A stretch of DNA of 64,000 nt, from contig OZ241863.1 of assembly GCA_965203055.1 (NCBI GenBank), forward strand, positions 544,001-608,000, written 5' to 3'. The DNA is from Spirochaetia bacterium. Lineage in GTDB: Bacteria > Spirochaetota > Spirochaetia > SZUA-6 > Bin103. Both the position numbers and the translations under genes were made by a program. The notes under the pieces are model-generated. The model did not search any database. It had not been told where the DNA came from and worked only from the letters and a program-made list of their open reading frames with translations. Below, one piece after another: positions 31,370 to 41,628 of the stretch (position 1 is the first letter of the stretch; the number at the start of each line of letters is the position of its first letter).

Positions 31370-32343
31370 AGGAAGCTGGGATCTACCGCGAAGTCGTAGC
31401 TCTTGAGCGCCCGCTCCAGTTGCCCCTGCTCGGCGAAGAACTCCGCCACGTCCCGGATGTAGGCCTGCACCGCGCCGCCCATCCAGGCCGCGGACTTCTG
31501 CTCCTCCGCGGTGGGGAAGGTGGCGTCGGCCAGGAACGCCTGCGCCGCGGCCAGCTCCATGCCGGCGGCGCGGGCGATGATCCGTTCGAGCTCCTCCCGA
31601 TCCTGCGCCGCGGCGTAGGCGGCGTTCGCCTGCTCGGTGACCTCCATGAACGCGCGCACCAGGTCCGGATGCCGTTCGGCGAAGCGCTCGGTCACCGACA
31701 CCACGTCGAACACGTAGACGCCGATCGCCTCCTGCTCGGCGGCGGTCATCAGCACCGAGCCGTATTCCTTCATCCGCTGCACCGGCCCGCCGAAGCCGCA
31801 CGCCATGGTGACGTCGCCGCGCGCCAGGGCGACGGCGCCGTCGGCGCTGTTCATCTGCACCAGGTTGACCCGGGCGGCGTCGACGCCGAGGTGATCGAGC
31901 ATGCGCAGCAGCTTGTAGTGGGTGACGTTGCCGATCGGCGTGGCGACCCGCTTGCCTTCCAGCTCGCGGGCGTTGGCCTGGGTGATGCCGGCGCCGTCGC
32001 GCACCACGCAGTTGTCGGACTCGCCGTAGGTCGAGGTCACCCCGACCAGCTTGAGCGGCAGGCCGTTGGAGACCGCCACCACCCAGGGCACCAGCCCCTG
32101 CGAGTAGGCGATGTCGACGTCGCCGGAGGCCATCGCCAGGCTCATCTCGTTGCCGTTGCCGAACGCGCGCCACTCGACCTCGACGCCGAGCGCCGCGTCA
32201 TAGGTCTTCTGCGCCTGCGCGACCAGGTTGGGGGTCGGCCATTCCAGAAAGTAGGCCACCGTGACCCTGTCCTGCGCCGCCAGCGGCGCCGCCGCCAGCC
32301 CAGCCAGGGCGATGGCGAGCGCCATTACTGTTATCCGATTCAC
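31366..32343 (-). CDS. tauA: taurine ABC substrate-binding protein
   Basis: VAYFLEWPTP, WRAFGNG, AMASGDVDIAYSQG. Confidence 0.8.
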   Translation of the reverse strand: MNRITVMALAIALAGLAAAPLAAQDRVTVAYFLEWPTPNLVAQAQKTYDAALGVEVEWRAFGNGNEMSLAMASGDVDIAYSQGLVPWVVAVSNGLPLKLVGVTSTYGESDNCVVRDGAGITQANARELEGKRVATPIGNVTHYKLLRMLDHLGVDAARVNLVQMNSADGAVALARGDVTMACGFGGPVQRMKEYGSVLMTAAEQEAIGVYVFDVVSVTERFAERHPDLVRAFMEVTEQANAAYAAAQDREELERIIARAAGMELAAAQAFLADATFPTAEEQKSAAWMGGAVQAYIRDVAEFFAEQGQLERALKSYDFAVDPSFL

Positions 32344-32453
32344 GTGAAGAGTCCTCCTGCCGGCCCGGAGAGGCCGCTCACCAAGTGTCCCGCAGCCGCC
32401 CTATCCTGTCCAGCGGCGATCATCGGCGGCGGGTCAAGCCCCCTCCCTGGAGA

Positions 32454-33315
32454 GGGCGCATTTCCAAATTGTAGGTAACGCAACAGGCCGCTTGGCGGCC
32501 AAGCCCAAGTCCAGCGTAAGATGACGTTTCTCGGCGTTGATTCACCGGTCTACGCCTTCGGCAGCGGGGCTGAACGGAACCGGCGCCTGACGATCCTCGC
32601 CAGGGCGGCCGAATCCGGCGCCGGCGTGGCGGTAGCGGTGATGGGCGGCGCACAGCAGCCGGAGATTGTTCGGCTCGGCGGCGCCGCGGCGGCACTCATC
32701 GTCGATCACCGCCTTGAGTTCCCAGCGCCCGCCGCCCAGGGGCCGCACCCGATCCGCCGGCGCCGCCAGTTCCGGGTCCACCTCGGCCAGCAACTGCATC
32801 ACCTCCCGGCTGCTCTTGCCGGACGCCTGCTCCACCAGCTCCCGCCGCGCCTCCGAGTCCAGCACCGGCACCGGCTCCGGCACCGGCTTCCGCTCCGCCG
32901 GCCGCGGCGGCCCCGAGCCGTTCTGCGACTGAGCGGCAGCCCCGAACCCGGCCCCGCCCGGCGTGCTACGCGCCGCCCGCTCCTTCCTGCGCTCCTGCCG
33001 GTCGAAGGCATGCTGCAACTGCGCGGCCGCGTTCAGCGTCATCGTGCCATTCTGCAGGCGCTCGCGCACGCCCTCGACGTCCGCGCAGAGGCGCATCGCC
33101 TTGATGCGCCGCCACGCTGCGGCGTCGCTGTAACCCAGCTCGCGCACCGCGTAATCGAACAGGCTCGAAAAGCCAAGGCGCAGATACAGGCGGCGCTTAT
33201 GAATCTCGCGCAGGTGGTCGATGACGACCACTTCGAGATGGTGTTCGGTGTATTCATGGAACGTGGCGCCGCTCCCGTCCCAAGCTGCCATGGCCGGCGG
33301 GCGGCGGTCCTTCAT
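32454..33315 (-). pseudogene. internally deleted HNH-family gene with the same 3' flank/end motif as the 24188 element
   Basis: VIDHLREIHKRRLYLRLGFSSLFDYAVRELGYS joined directly to GAAEPNNLRLLCAAHH; about 200 bp shared with 24188-24390. Confidence 0.7.
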
Positions 33316-33371
33316 CGCCCTTGTGCAGGACCGCGATCCGTCGCGGCTCGGTGGAATCCGGTCGAGTAATC

Positions 33372-33737
33372 CTATCGTCCCGCAGCCGCCTCGACGTACT
33401 CTTTCACCAGCAAGAGATTCTCCATCGACCCTTCAAGCAGGAGCGTCATCGGGTTCTGCCCGTCTAATGCATCATGCGGCTCTCGCAGCCACTCATTCTC
33501 GACTTCTTCGTCTCGAAACAGCGCCGAAAGGGTCTTTCGGATGCGAAACAGATATGCGATCCGATCTTTGATGTCACGGCCGCGCAGCGTAACACGTCCG
33601 CTCAGCAAATCGTCCGCATAGGAACTATCGGATTCCTCCAGACCGAGCAACGGATTTGCATCTGTTTGACTGAGACGCCACGTGTGCAGAAGTATTCTCA
33701 CGAACACTATGGGACCGGTCAATCTTGGGTGTTCCAT
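33372..33737 (-). CDS. MbcA/ParS/Xre-type antitoxin domain protein
   Basis: LSALFRDEEVENEWLREPHDALDGQNPMTLL. Confidence 0.75.
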   Translation of the reverse strand: MEHPRLTGPIVFVRILLHTWRLSQTDANPLLGLEESDSSYADDLLSGRVTLRGRDIKDRIAYLFRIRKTLSALFRDEEVENEWLREPHDALDGQNPMTLLLEGSMENLLLVKEYVEAAAGR

Positions 33738-33765
33738 ATCGCACTGCCCGTCCTTGGGGAACCGC

Positions 33766-34152
33766 CTACCAGATAAGTGAAACGGGATAGTGGGAGAAGG
33801 CCGAATCGTGGCTCACGATAGGGAGGTCCTCAACGAGCGCCTGGGCGATGAGCAACCGATCGAACGGGTCACGATGGTGCGTAGGCAGACCGGTAACCTC
33901 GCTGGCATGACGGTACGAGATATCCAATTGCTGAAAGCCGTACTCCGTAATCACATCTGCGAATTCCGGGTAGAGGGGACGCGAAATTACAAGCTTTCTC
34001 AGCCCTATCTTGATGGCCATCTCCCAGACGGAAGCAATGCTGTACATCGGTGTGTTGTCGTTATTCTCGATGGCTGCCTTGGCACGAGACGAAAGTTTCG
34101 CCGAGCCTTCGACGAACCATAGCAACGTACACGTATCGAGCAGAATCGTCAC
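33766..34152 (-). CDS. vapC: VapC PIN-domain toxin
   Basis: ILLDTCTLLW, SVWEMAIK, HRDPFDRLLIAQA, IVSHD. Confidence 0.9.
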   Translation of the reverse strand: MTILLDTCTLLWFVEGSAKLSSRAKAAIENNDNTPMYSIASVWEMAIKIGLRKLVISRPLYPEFADVITEYGFQQLDISYRHASEVTGLPTHHRDPFDRLLIAQALVEDLPIVSHDSAFSHYPVSLIW

Positions 34153-34760
34153 TACTGATAGTCGGAGAAATCGTCCAGCGGTGCATCGAAATCCGGTGCA
34201 ATGTAGGTAAACGTGCCCTTAGCGAAACCGGCCCGGCGAGCACGGGTCGGCGCGATAGGTTGGAAATGTTTCACTCTGAGATTGCCATCCAGATGTGTGT
34301 CGCCCACGGTCGGGGCGACCGCTATCGCGGCCCTCCGCTGCTCTTCCCCGTCCAGTTCAGGTAGGTCCGAAAAGAACCGAGAAAAGTCGTCAGGGTCGAA
34401 GGGATCGACGGTCATCAGAGCTGCGAAGGAGGCCAGACTTCGGCGGCGGTCTTCAGTGTTATCAATGCGTCGAATGGCTGAACGGATAAGCCTGGAGGCC
34501 GTCAATACTTGTCGCCCTTGATCCTCGAGATTGCAGTCCTTCTCGTATTTGGATATGTCGCTTGACGGAACGTCAAACGTCCCGTGGCTCTCGACAAGAG
34601 CGGCGAGCTTGTCGACCGAACTCCTGGGGAGAGACAGGAACAGCGCGGCGTCTCTGCGAAATGAGGAATTGCCGACGACGCGGCCCAGCGCTTCGGTCAA
34701 CCGTTCAGCCATTGTTCGGTCCTCCGCCGACAACATACCATACCTGCCCGAAGCCGTCAC
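34152..34760 (-). CDS. hypothetical protein ending in a DUF2281/VapB-type antitoxin tail
   Basis: C-terminus RRAGFAKGTFTYIAPDFDAPLDDFSDY; stop overlaps the vapC start. Confidence 0.6.
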   Translation of the reverse strand: MTASGRYGMLSAEDRTMAERLTEALGRVVGNSSFRRDAALFLSLPRSSVDKLAALVESHGTFDVPSSDISKYEKDCNLEDQGRQVLTASRLIRSAIRRIDNTEDRRRSLASFAALMTVDPFDPDDFSRFFSDLPELDGEEQRRAAIAVAPTVGDTHLDGNLRVKHFQPIAPTRARRAGFAKGTFTYIAPDFDAPLDDFSDYQ

Positions 34761-35815
34761 AGGCGGACTGCGGCGCCGGAGCGGGCGGCCTCCTGGGCGG
34801 CGAGGGCGAAGCGCAGAATCTCGCGCGCGTCGCGGCCTGACAGGCGCGGCTGCGCGCCCTGCCGGAGCGCCTCGATGCCGTGCCGCGCCGCGTGCACGAA
34901 GCTGGTCTCCCAGCCGGTCTCCAGCGCGCGGTAGTCGGTGGTCACGCCGCCGCGGTGGAGCTGCAGCGGGACTACCCGGCCCAGTTGCCCGTGGCCGCGG
35001 TTGATCCAGATCACGCCCTTGGTGCCGGTGATCTCGACGCGGTCGTCCTGGGCGTAGTGATCGGTGTCGACCGTCAGCTCCGGCGAGAACACGACCTCCA
35101 GGCTGCCGACCCGCTGGCCGGGAAAGCGGAACGACACCAGCGCCGGCGCGTCGAGGGCGTAGCCCTGCGTCTCGGTGCTGCCGATCCAGGCGTGCACCTC
35201 CTCGGCTTGGCCCATGAAGTGCCAGGCGAGGGCGAACTTGTGATGGCCGTCATCGAACACCAGCGGGCCGCCGCCGGCGCGGGCGGGGTCCAGCCGCCAG
35301 GCCAGCGCCGCGCCCGGCACCGTCCACCCCGACTCGGCGCGCCCGACGTGGCTCTTGAGCCGGATGGCGAGCGGCTCGCCGATCGCGCCCGCGTCCACCA
35401 GTTCCTTGGCGGCAGCCACCGGCGGGTAGAAGATGAAGTTCTCGTATACCCGGAACGGCACGCCGGCCTGCTCCGCGGCGTCGATCACCCGGTCGGCGTC
35501 GGCCAGCGTCAGCGCGATCGGCTTCTGCAGGAACACCGCCTTGCCGGCCGCGAACGCGGCCAGGGCGGCCTCGGCGTGCAGGTGGTGCGGCAGCAGGATT
35601 TCGACCAGATCGACCGCCTCCAGCGCCAGCAGTTCGCGGTAATCGGCGCAGATCGCCGGGCGGTCGAGCTTCCAGGCCGCGGCCCGCGCCGCGGCCAGCG
35701 CCGGGTCGCTGTCGCACAGCGCGACGATTTCGGTGCGCGGGTTGCGCAGGTACTCGAGCGCGTGCAGGTCGGAGATGCGGCCGGTGCCGATGAAGCCAAC
35801 TCGAATGGTGTCCAA
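34757..35815 (-). CDS. Gfo/Idh/MocA oxidoreductase
   Basis: GFIGTGRI, QKP, GGGPLVFDDGHH. Confidence 0.88.
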   Translation of the reverse strand: MDTIRVGFIGTGRISDLHALEYLRNPRTEIVALCDSDPALAAARAAAWKLDRPAICADYRELLALEAVDLVEILLPHHLHAEAALAAFAAGKAVFLQKPIALTLADADRVIDAAEQAGVPFRVYENFIFYPPVAAAKELVDAGAIGEPLAIRLKSHVGRAESGWTVPGAALAWRLDPARAGGGPLVFDDGHHKFALAWHFMGQAEEVHAWIGSTETQGYALDAPALVSFRFPGQRVGSLEVVFSPELTVDTDHYAQDDRVEITGTKGVIWINRGHGQLGRVVPLQLHRGGVTTDYRALETGWETSFVHAARHGIEALRQGAQPRLSGRDAREILRFALAAQEAARSGAAVRL

Positions 35816-35976
35816 CTGCGGGCCTCCGCGGCGCAGGTCGGGCGCCGCTCGCCGGCGAGTCTATCACGGCGGGCGGCGCAGTCCCGGGCCGGACGACTGC
35901 GGGCATTGCGGGCGGGCGACTGCGCATTGACAGGAACCGGCAATCCGCCCATAACGTTGCGGCAGGAGGTAGCACG

Positions 35977-37272
35977 ATGCATTACATCGGGAAGCTGAGC
36001 CGGCCGGCGCTCACGGCGCTCGCAGCCGGACTCGCGTTGTTCCTCATCGCCGCCGCCGGATGGGCCGAGGGGATCGAGGAGTCGCAGGAGGTGACAATCA
36101 CCCACTACTTCGGCGGTGACCTCGGGCGTGAAGGCCTGGAGGAGATCTTCGGCGCCTTCAACGAGCAGACCGGGGTCACGGTGGTCGACAGTCCGATCGG
36201 TCACGAGGACTTCAAGACCGGCATCCTGGTACGCGCCGCGGGCGGCAACCTGCCCGACGTGTTCAGCTACTGGGCCGGGGCGCGCACCCAGTTCGTGGTC
36301 GACGCCGGCAACCTCGCCGCCATCGATGAGATGTGGGCCGCGCACGGCCTCGACGCGGCGGTGGCCAAGTCGGTGGCGGACGGCGCCACCATGTACAACG
36401 GCAGCCGCTACCTGGTGCCGTTCGGCTATCACTACGCCGGCATGTTCTACAACGCCAAGGTGATGGCGGAGGCCGGGATAACCGAGTTCCCCACCGACTG
36501 GGACGGGTTCCTCGCGCTGTGCGAGAACCTGAAGTCGCAGGGCATCACCCCGATCGCGCTCGGCTCCATGAATCGCTGGCCGGCGCAGTTCTGGTTCGAC
36601 TACCTGCTGCTGCGTACCGCCGGCCCCGAGTACCGCGCCAGCCTGATGGCCGGCGACGCCTCCTACACCGACGCCGAGGTGCGGCGGGTGATGCAGCTCT
36701 GGAAGGATCTCGTGGACGCCGGCTACTTCGCCGCCAACGCCAACGCCGACGACTGGACCGACGCCTCCGACAAGGTGACGCGCGGCGACGCGGCGATGAC
36801 GCTGATGGGCACCTGGATCACCGGCTATTGGAACGGCAACGGCTTGATGGCCGGCGACGACTACGACTTCTTCGAATTCCCGATGATCGACGCCGGGGTC
36901 CCGAACGCCGTGGTCGGGCCGGTGGACGGCTGGCTGATCTCCGCCAACTCCGAGAATCGCGGCAATGCCGAAGCCCTGGTGGCGTTTCTGGCCAGCGACC
37001 CCGCCTCGCAGGCGAAGTGGGCGCAGATCCAGGGCGCGCTGTCGCCCAACGTCAACGTGGACGAGAGCACCTACACCTCGGTGATGCTGCGCGCGCTGGC
37101 CGCGGTGGGCAACGCCGACACCTTCGCGTTCAACTACGACCTGGCCACCACCCCGCCGGCAGCCGAGTTCGGCCTGGACCTGTTCGCCCGGTTCATGGAC
37201 GACCCGGCCGGATATCCGGAGCACCTCGCCGACACCGAAGCGGGCGTCAGGGGCGTGTTCGACAGCCAGTAG
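35977..37272 (+). CDS. sugar ABC substrate-binding protein
   Basis: Signal peptide, LPDVFSYW, FYN, GDAAMTLMGTW. Confidence 0.88.
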   Translation: MHYIGKLSRPALTALAAGLALFLIAAAGWAEGIEESQEVTITHYFGGDLGREGLEEIFGAFNEQTGVTVVDSPIGHEDFKTGILVRAAGGNLPDVFSYWAGARTQFVVDAGNLAAIDEMWAAHGLDAAVAKSVADGATMYNGSRYLVPFGYHYAGMFYNAKVMAEAGITEFPTDWDGFLALCENLKSQGITPIALGSMNRWPAQFWFDYLLLRTAGPEYRASLMAGDASYTDAEVRRVMQLWKDLVDAGYFAANANADDWTDASDKVTRGDAAMTLMGTWITGYWNGNGLMAGDDYDFFEFPMIDAGVPNAVVGPVDGWLISANSENRGNAEALVAFLASDPASQAKWAQIQGALSPNVNVDESTYTSVMLRALAAVGNADTFAFNYDLATTPPAAEFGLDLFARFMDDPAGYPEHLADTEAGVRGVFDSQ

Positions 37273-37340
37273 GTTCACGGGGAGGGCCGGGGGCGCGTCA
37301 CCGCGCGTCGACCGCCGGTCCTCCTCCGGCTGGCCGGACG

Positions 37341-38222
37341 ATGAAACGACAGGAGATCTTCTGGCGGAGCGCGCTGCTGTTCCTGCCGGTGTCGGTGTTC
37401 GTCGTCTTCGTCGTCTGGCCGCTGCTCAACACCTTCTACTACAGCTTTACCGACTGGAACGGCTTCAACCCCGAGTTCCGCTTCGTGGGGCTGCGCAACT
37501 TCGCCGGCGTGGTGACCGACCGCCTGTTCACCAACGCCATTCTCAACACCTTGAGCTGGACGCTGCTGGCGATCGTCCTGCCCACGCTGGGCGGTTTGAC
37601 CCTGGCGTTGATGCTCGACGCGCGCGTGCCCGGCGGCAACGCGTTCAAGTCGATCTTCTATCTGCCGATCTGCCTGGCCGCGGTGGTGGTCGGGCAGATC
37701 TGGATCTGGATCTATCAACCCGATTGGGGGCTCCTCAACGCGGCCATCGCCGCCGCCTTCGGCGAACCGCCCGCCTTCGCCTGGCTGGCGGAGCCGCAGA
37801 CCGCGCTCTATTCCGTCATCGTCGCCTGGTCATGGCAACAGATGGGCCTGGCGATGGTGATCTTTCTCGCCGGCCTGACCTCGATTCCGCCCGACCTGCT
37901 GGAGGCCGCGGAGATCGAAGGGGCGAACCGCGGCCAGCGCATCCGCCGCGTGGTGCTGGGGCTGCTGCGGCCGGCGACGGTGGTGGCGGTGGCGTTGTCG
38001 GTGATCAACTCCCTGAAGGCGTTCGACATCCTGTTCATCATGACCGGCGGGGGGCCGTTCCACTCCTCCGACACGCTGGCCATGTACATGTACAGCGAGT
38101 CGTTCAAGAAGTACCGCATGGGCTACGGCAGCTCCATTTCGGTCATTCTCTTCCTCATGACGCTGAGCGTGATCGCGGTCTACTTCCGCCAGCTCAAGAA
38201 GCTGGACGAGCTGTATGACTGA
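37341..38222 (+). CDS. sugar ABC permease
   Basis: ATG 37341; YSFTDWNG, GLTSIPPDLLEAAEIEGA. Confidence 0.88.
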   Translation: MKRQEIFWRSALLFLPVSVFVVFVVWPLLNTFYYSFTDWNGFNPEFRFVGLRNFAGVVTDRLFTNAILNTLSWTLLAIVLPTLGGLTLALMLDARVPGGNAFKSIFYLPICLAAVVVGQIWIWIYQPDWGLLNAAIAAAFGEPPAFAWLAEPQTALYSVIVAWSWQQMGLAMVIFLAGLTSIPPDLLEAAEIEGANRGQRIRRVVLGLLRPATVVAVALSVINSLKAFDILFIMTGGGPFHSSDTLAMYMYSESFKKYRMGYGSSISVILFLMTLSVIAVYFRQLKKLDELYD

Positions 38223-39072
38223 GGTTGCCGCAGCCTCGGCGCGGCCCCGCTTGCGCGGCGGCAGCATCGCATTGTTCGCGGCGCTGGCGGCGTTGGCGGC
38301 GCTGTTTCTCACCCCTACCGCGGGCGTGGTGCTGAGCGCGTTGAAGAGCACCCGCGACATCGCGTTCGGCACCTTGTGGGCCTTTCCCCGGACGCTCGAT
38401 CTGTCCAACTTTGCGGTGGCGCTGGGCCATCCGTCGGTCGGCCGCTACTTCATCAACACCTTTCTGGTCACGGCGCCGGCCACGCTGGGGTCGATCACGC
38501 TGGGCATTCTGGGCGGCTACGTATTCGCCAAACTGCCGTTCCGCGGCAGCGAGCTGCTGTTCCTGGTGATCGTGTCGGGCATGTTCTTTCCGCCGCAGAT
38601 CGTCCTGGTTCCGCTGTTTCGCCTGTTCAACCGGCTCGGCCTGCTCGACACGCTGTGGCCGATGATCATCGTGCACATTGCGCTGGGCATCCCGATCTGC
38701 ACCCTGCTGCTGCGCAACTTCTTCGCCACCGTTCCCAACGCATTGCGCGAGGCGGCAATCGTCGAAGGCGCCGGGGAGGGGCAGGTGCTGGCCCGGGTGG
38801 CGCTGCCGCTCAGTCTGCCGGCGCTGGCGGTGCTGGCGACCCTGCAGTTCACCTGGATCTGGAACGACTTCCTGTGGCCGCTGATCTTCGTCAACAGCGA
38901 CGCCAAGCGCACCATCATGCTGGGGATCGTGTCGCTGCGCGGCCAGTACACGGTCGCGTGGGGAGTGCAGGGCGCGCTGTCGCTGCTGGCCAGCCTGCCG
39001 ACGCTGCTGGTGTTCCTCTTCTTTCAGCGCTTCTTCATCAAGGGGATGGCGATGGGGGCCATCAAGGGGTAG
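38215..39072 (+). CDS. sugar ABC permease
   Basis: EAAIVEGA, WNDFLWPL, FQRFFIKGMAMGAIKG. Confidence 0.9.
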   Translation: MTEVAAASARPRLRGGSIALFAALAALAALFLTPTAGVVLSALKSTRDIAFGTLWAFPRTLDLSNFAVALGHPSVGRYFINTFLVTAPATLGSITLGILGGYVFAKLPFRGSELLFLVIVSGMFFPPQIVLVPLFRLFNRLGLLDTLWPMIIVHIALGIPICTLLLRNFFATVPNALREAAIVEGAGEGQVLARVALPLSLPALAVLATLQFTWIWNDFLWPLIFVNSDAKRTIMLGIVSLRGQYTVAWGVQGALSLLASLPTLLVFLFFQRFFIKGMAMGAIKG

Positions 39073-39080
39073 CGGGGGAG

Positions 39081-39122
39081 CGGTTCGAGCGCCGCTGAAG
39101 TTGCCGGGCGGCGCTCGAACCG
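39081..39122. terminator. 15-bp inverted repeat after the ABC operon
   Basis: CGGTTCGAGCGCCGC-N12-GCGGCGCTCGAACCG. Confidence 0.45.
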
Positions 39123-39138
39123 ATAGGATCGGCGACAA

Positions 39139-40700
39139 ATGACCACCGTTCCCGACTACCCGCGCATTCCCTACGGCGAGGCCGACTTCATGCGCATCCG
39201 CCGTCACGGCTGGCTGTACGTCGACAAGACCCGCTTCCTGCGGCGCCTGGAGCAGGAGCGCTACGTCTTCCTGAGCCGCCCGCGCGGCTTCGGCAAGTCG
39301 CTGTGGGTGTCCCTGCTGGAGAGCTACTACGACCGCTACTGGGGCCACGAGTTCGACGCCGCGTTCGCCGGCACCGACATCGGGCGCAGCCCGACCGAAG
39401 AACGCAGCCGCTACGTCACGCTGCGCTTCGACTTCTCTTTGGTGGAGGGCAAGCTCGAAACCCCGGATCGGGAGTTCGAGAGCTACTGCCACGTCGAACT
39501 CCGGGGGACGTTGCGGCGGCATCCTGACCTGTTTCCCGCAGACGCGGCGCAACGCATCCTCGCGCCGCCGTCCATCGCCGAGAAGCTTACCGTGCTGTTC
39601 CGGTACGCCGGCGATCACGGCATCCCGCTGTACGTGCTGATCGACGAGTACGACAACTTCGCCAACGCCGCGCTGGCCTGCCGCGGCGCGGAAGCGTACA
39701 GCTCCTTCATCGACGGCGGCTTCTACCGCAACTTCTTCACTACCCTCAAGGGCGGCGCGGGCCACAGCGGCGGCGGTCTGGAGCGGCTGTTCATCACCGG
39801 CGTGTCGCCGGTCACCCTGGACGACGGCATCAGCGGCTTCAACATCGGCAGGAACATCAGCCTGCAACCGGACTTCAACGAGATGGTCGGCTTCACCGCG
39901 GCGGAAGTGCGGCATCTGGTCGAGAGGTACCGCGACCTGGGCGTCTTCAACCAGGACGCCGATACCGCGCTGGGCATCATGGGCGAGTGGTACGGCGGCT
40001 ACCGCTTCGCCGAAGAGGCCACCGCCGACCTCCACAACTCCACCATGGTGCTCCATTACCTGAAAGAATCGATTCCCAACCGGCCCGTGCCGGACGACCT
40101 GATCGACGCCAACGTGCGCATCGACTACGGCAAGCTGCGCCACCTGCTGGTGGTCGGCCGGCAGTTGAACGGCAACTTCGATCTGCTGCGGGAAGTCATC
40201 GGCGAGGAGCAGGTCGACACCCGCATCCGGCCCGGCTTCCCGCCGGAGCGGCTTGCCGAGCCGGAGAACTTTCTCTCGCTGCTGCACTTCTTCGGCCTGC
40301 TGAGCATCCGCGGCGCGCCGTACGGCATGCCTCGGCTGGCGATCCCCAACCAGACCGTGAAGCGGCTCATGTACGGCTTGCTGCGCGAGTGACCGACTAC
40401 TACGAGTTCCGCTCCGAGGCGGAGCTGGGCAAGGGGCACGCCGACGTCGCGTTGGAACCGCTGGTGGCCGCCTTCCCGCACCTGCGCTACGGGTACCTGA
40501 TCGAGCTCAAGTACCGCCGGCGGTCGGAGGCGATGGATCAAGCGGCGGTGGCGGCCGCGGCCGAGCAGGCGCACGCGCAGTTGGCGCGCTATCTGGGGGA
40601 CGAACGGCTGGCGCGGCAGTACCCGGGCGTGCGCTTCATCGGGCTGGCGCTGGTCTTCCACGGCTGGGAAATGGTCTTCTGCGACGCCGTGAACGAGTGA
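39139..40700 (+). pseudogene. AAA-ATPase-like + PD-(D/E)XK protein split at ~40390
   Basis: IPYGEADF, YVDKT, SRPRGFGKS, IDEYD, FITGVS; nuclease tail SEAELGKGHAD...IELKY lies in another frame (40389..40700). Confidence 0.75.
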
Positions 40701-40707
40701 TCTTCTC

Positions 40708-41583
40708 GTGCGCGTGGTGCTGCAACAGGTCGATCTGGACACCTGCCTGACCGCGCTCCTGCTTGGCGCCGGCGCGGCTGCCGAGGTAACGGTGGCCCGC
40801 GACGGCGCGGCCCCGGCGGAACTGGCCGATCCGGCGGTGACGTGCATCGAGGCCGGCGGCTCGGGGCAGACGGAGCTCAACAACTTCGACCACCACGACG
40901 CCGCGGGTTCGTGGCCTCCCGCCTGCGTGCAGGCATCGCGCGCCGTCGGCGCGGCCGGCTCACCGGCGCTGGAGCGGCTCGTCGCCTACGTCGCCGAGGT
41001 GGACCTGGGCCGCGCCTCGGTCAGGGACTGGGAGATCGACGCGGACGGGAGCCTGTCGTTGGCGAGCGTCTTCTCCGGGATGCGGCTGACAGTTCGGGAC
41101 CCGCGCGAGCAGTTCTTCGCCGGCCTCGGCGTGCTGCGTACCGTACTGGAGGAGTCGATCGACCCGTTCGGTCCTATGCCGCCGCGTCCCGCATGGCAGG
41201 TCTACGCCGACGCCCACCGGCGGGAACGGGCGGCGCTCGCGGCGCTGCTGGACACCGCCGAGCGGTTCCCTACCGCCGGCGGCCGCACCGCCGGGTACCT
41301 GCGCACCGACCGCATCGGCGCGCTCCGGGCGCTCTACCGCTCCGGGTGCGACGTCGCCATCGCCTATGCGCCCGCGTTCCACCCGCCGGCCGGCGGCGCT
41401 CCGATCCGCAAGTTCACGATCGCCGGGCGCGACGGCCTGCGCGTCGACGGCTTGCTCGGCCCGCTGGCCGAGCGCGAGCCGGGCTGGGGCGGCCCCGCCC
41501 ACGGCACGATCATCGCCTCCCCGCGCCGCGGCACCGACCTCGACCCCGCCGAGATCAAACGCCTGGTGCGCGAGCACCTGTGA
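40708..41583 (+). CDS. DHH-like phosphoesterase adjacent to the cas operon
   Basis: VDLDT, NNFDHHD, C-terminal GWGG..IIASPR. Confidence 0.6.
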   Translation: MRVVLQQVDLDTCLTALLLGAGAAAEVTVARDGAAPAELADPAVTCIEAGGSGQTELNNFDHHDAAGSWPPACVQASRAVGAAGSPALERLVAYVAEVDLGRASVRDWEIDADGSLSLASVFSGMRLTVRDPREQFFAGLGVLRTVLEESIDPFGPMPPRPAWQVYADAHRRERAALAALLDTAERFPTAGGRTAGYLRTDRIGALRALYRSGCDVAIAYAPAFHPPAGGAPIRKFTIAGRDGLRVDGLLGPLAEREPGWGGPAHGTIIASPRRGTDLDPAEIKRLVREHL

Positions 41584-41628
41584 GGCAGGATCGGTGTACC
41601 GCGGCGGTCAAGCGCACCGCGGGATGGT

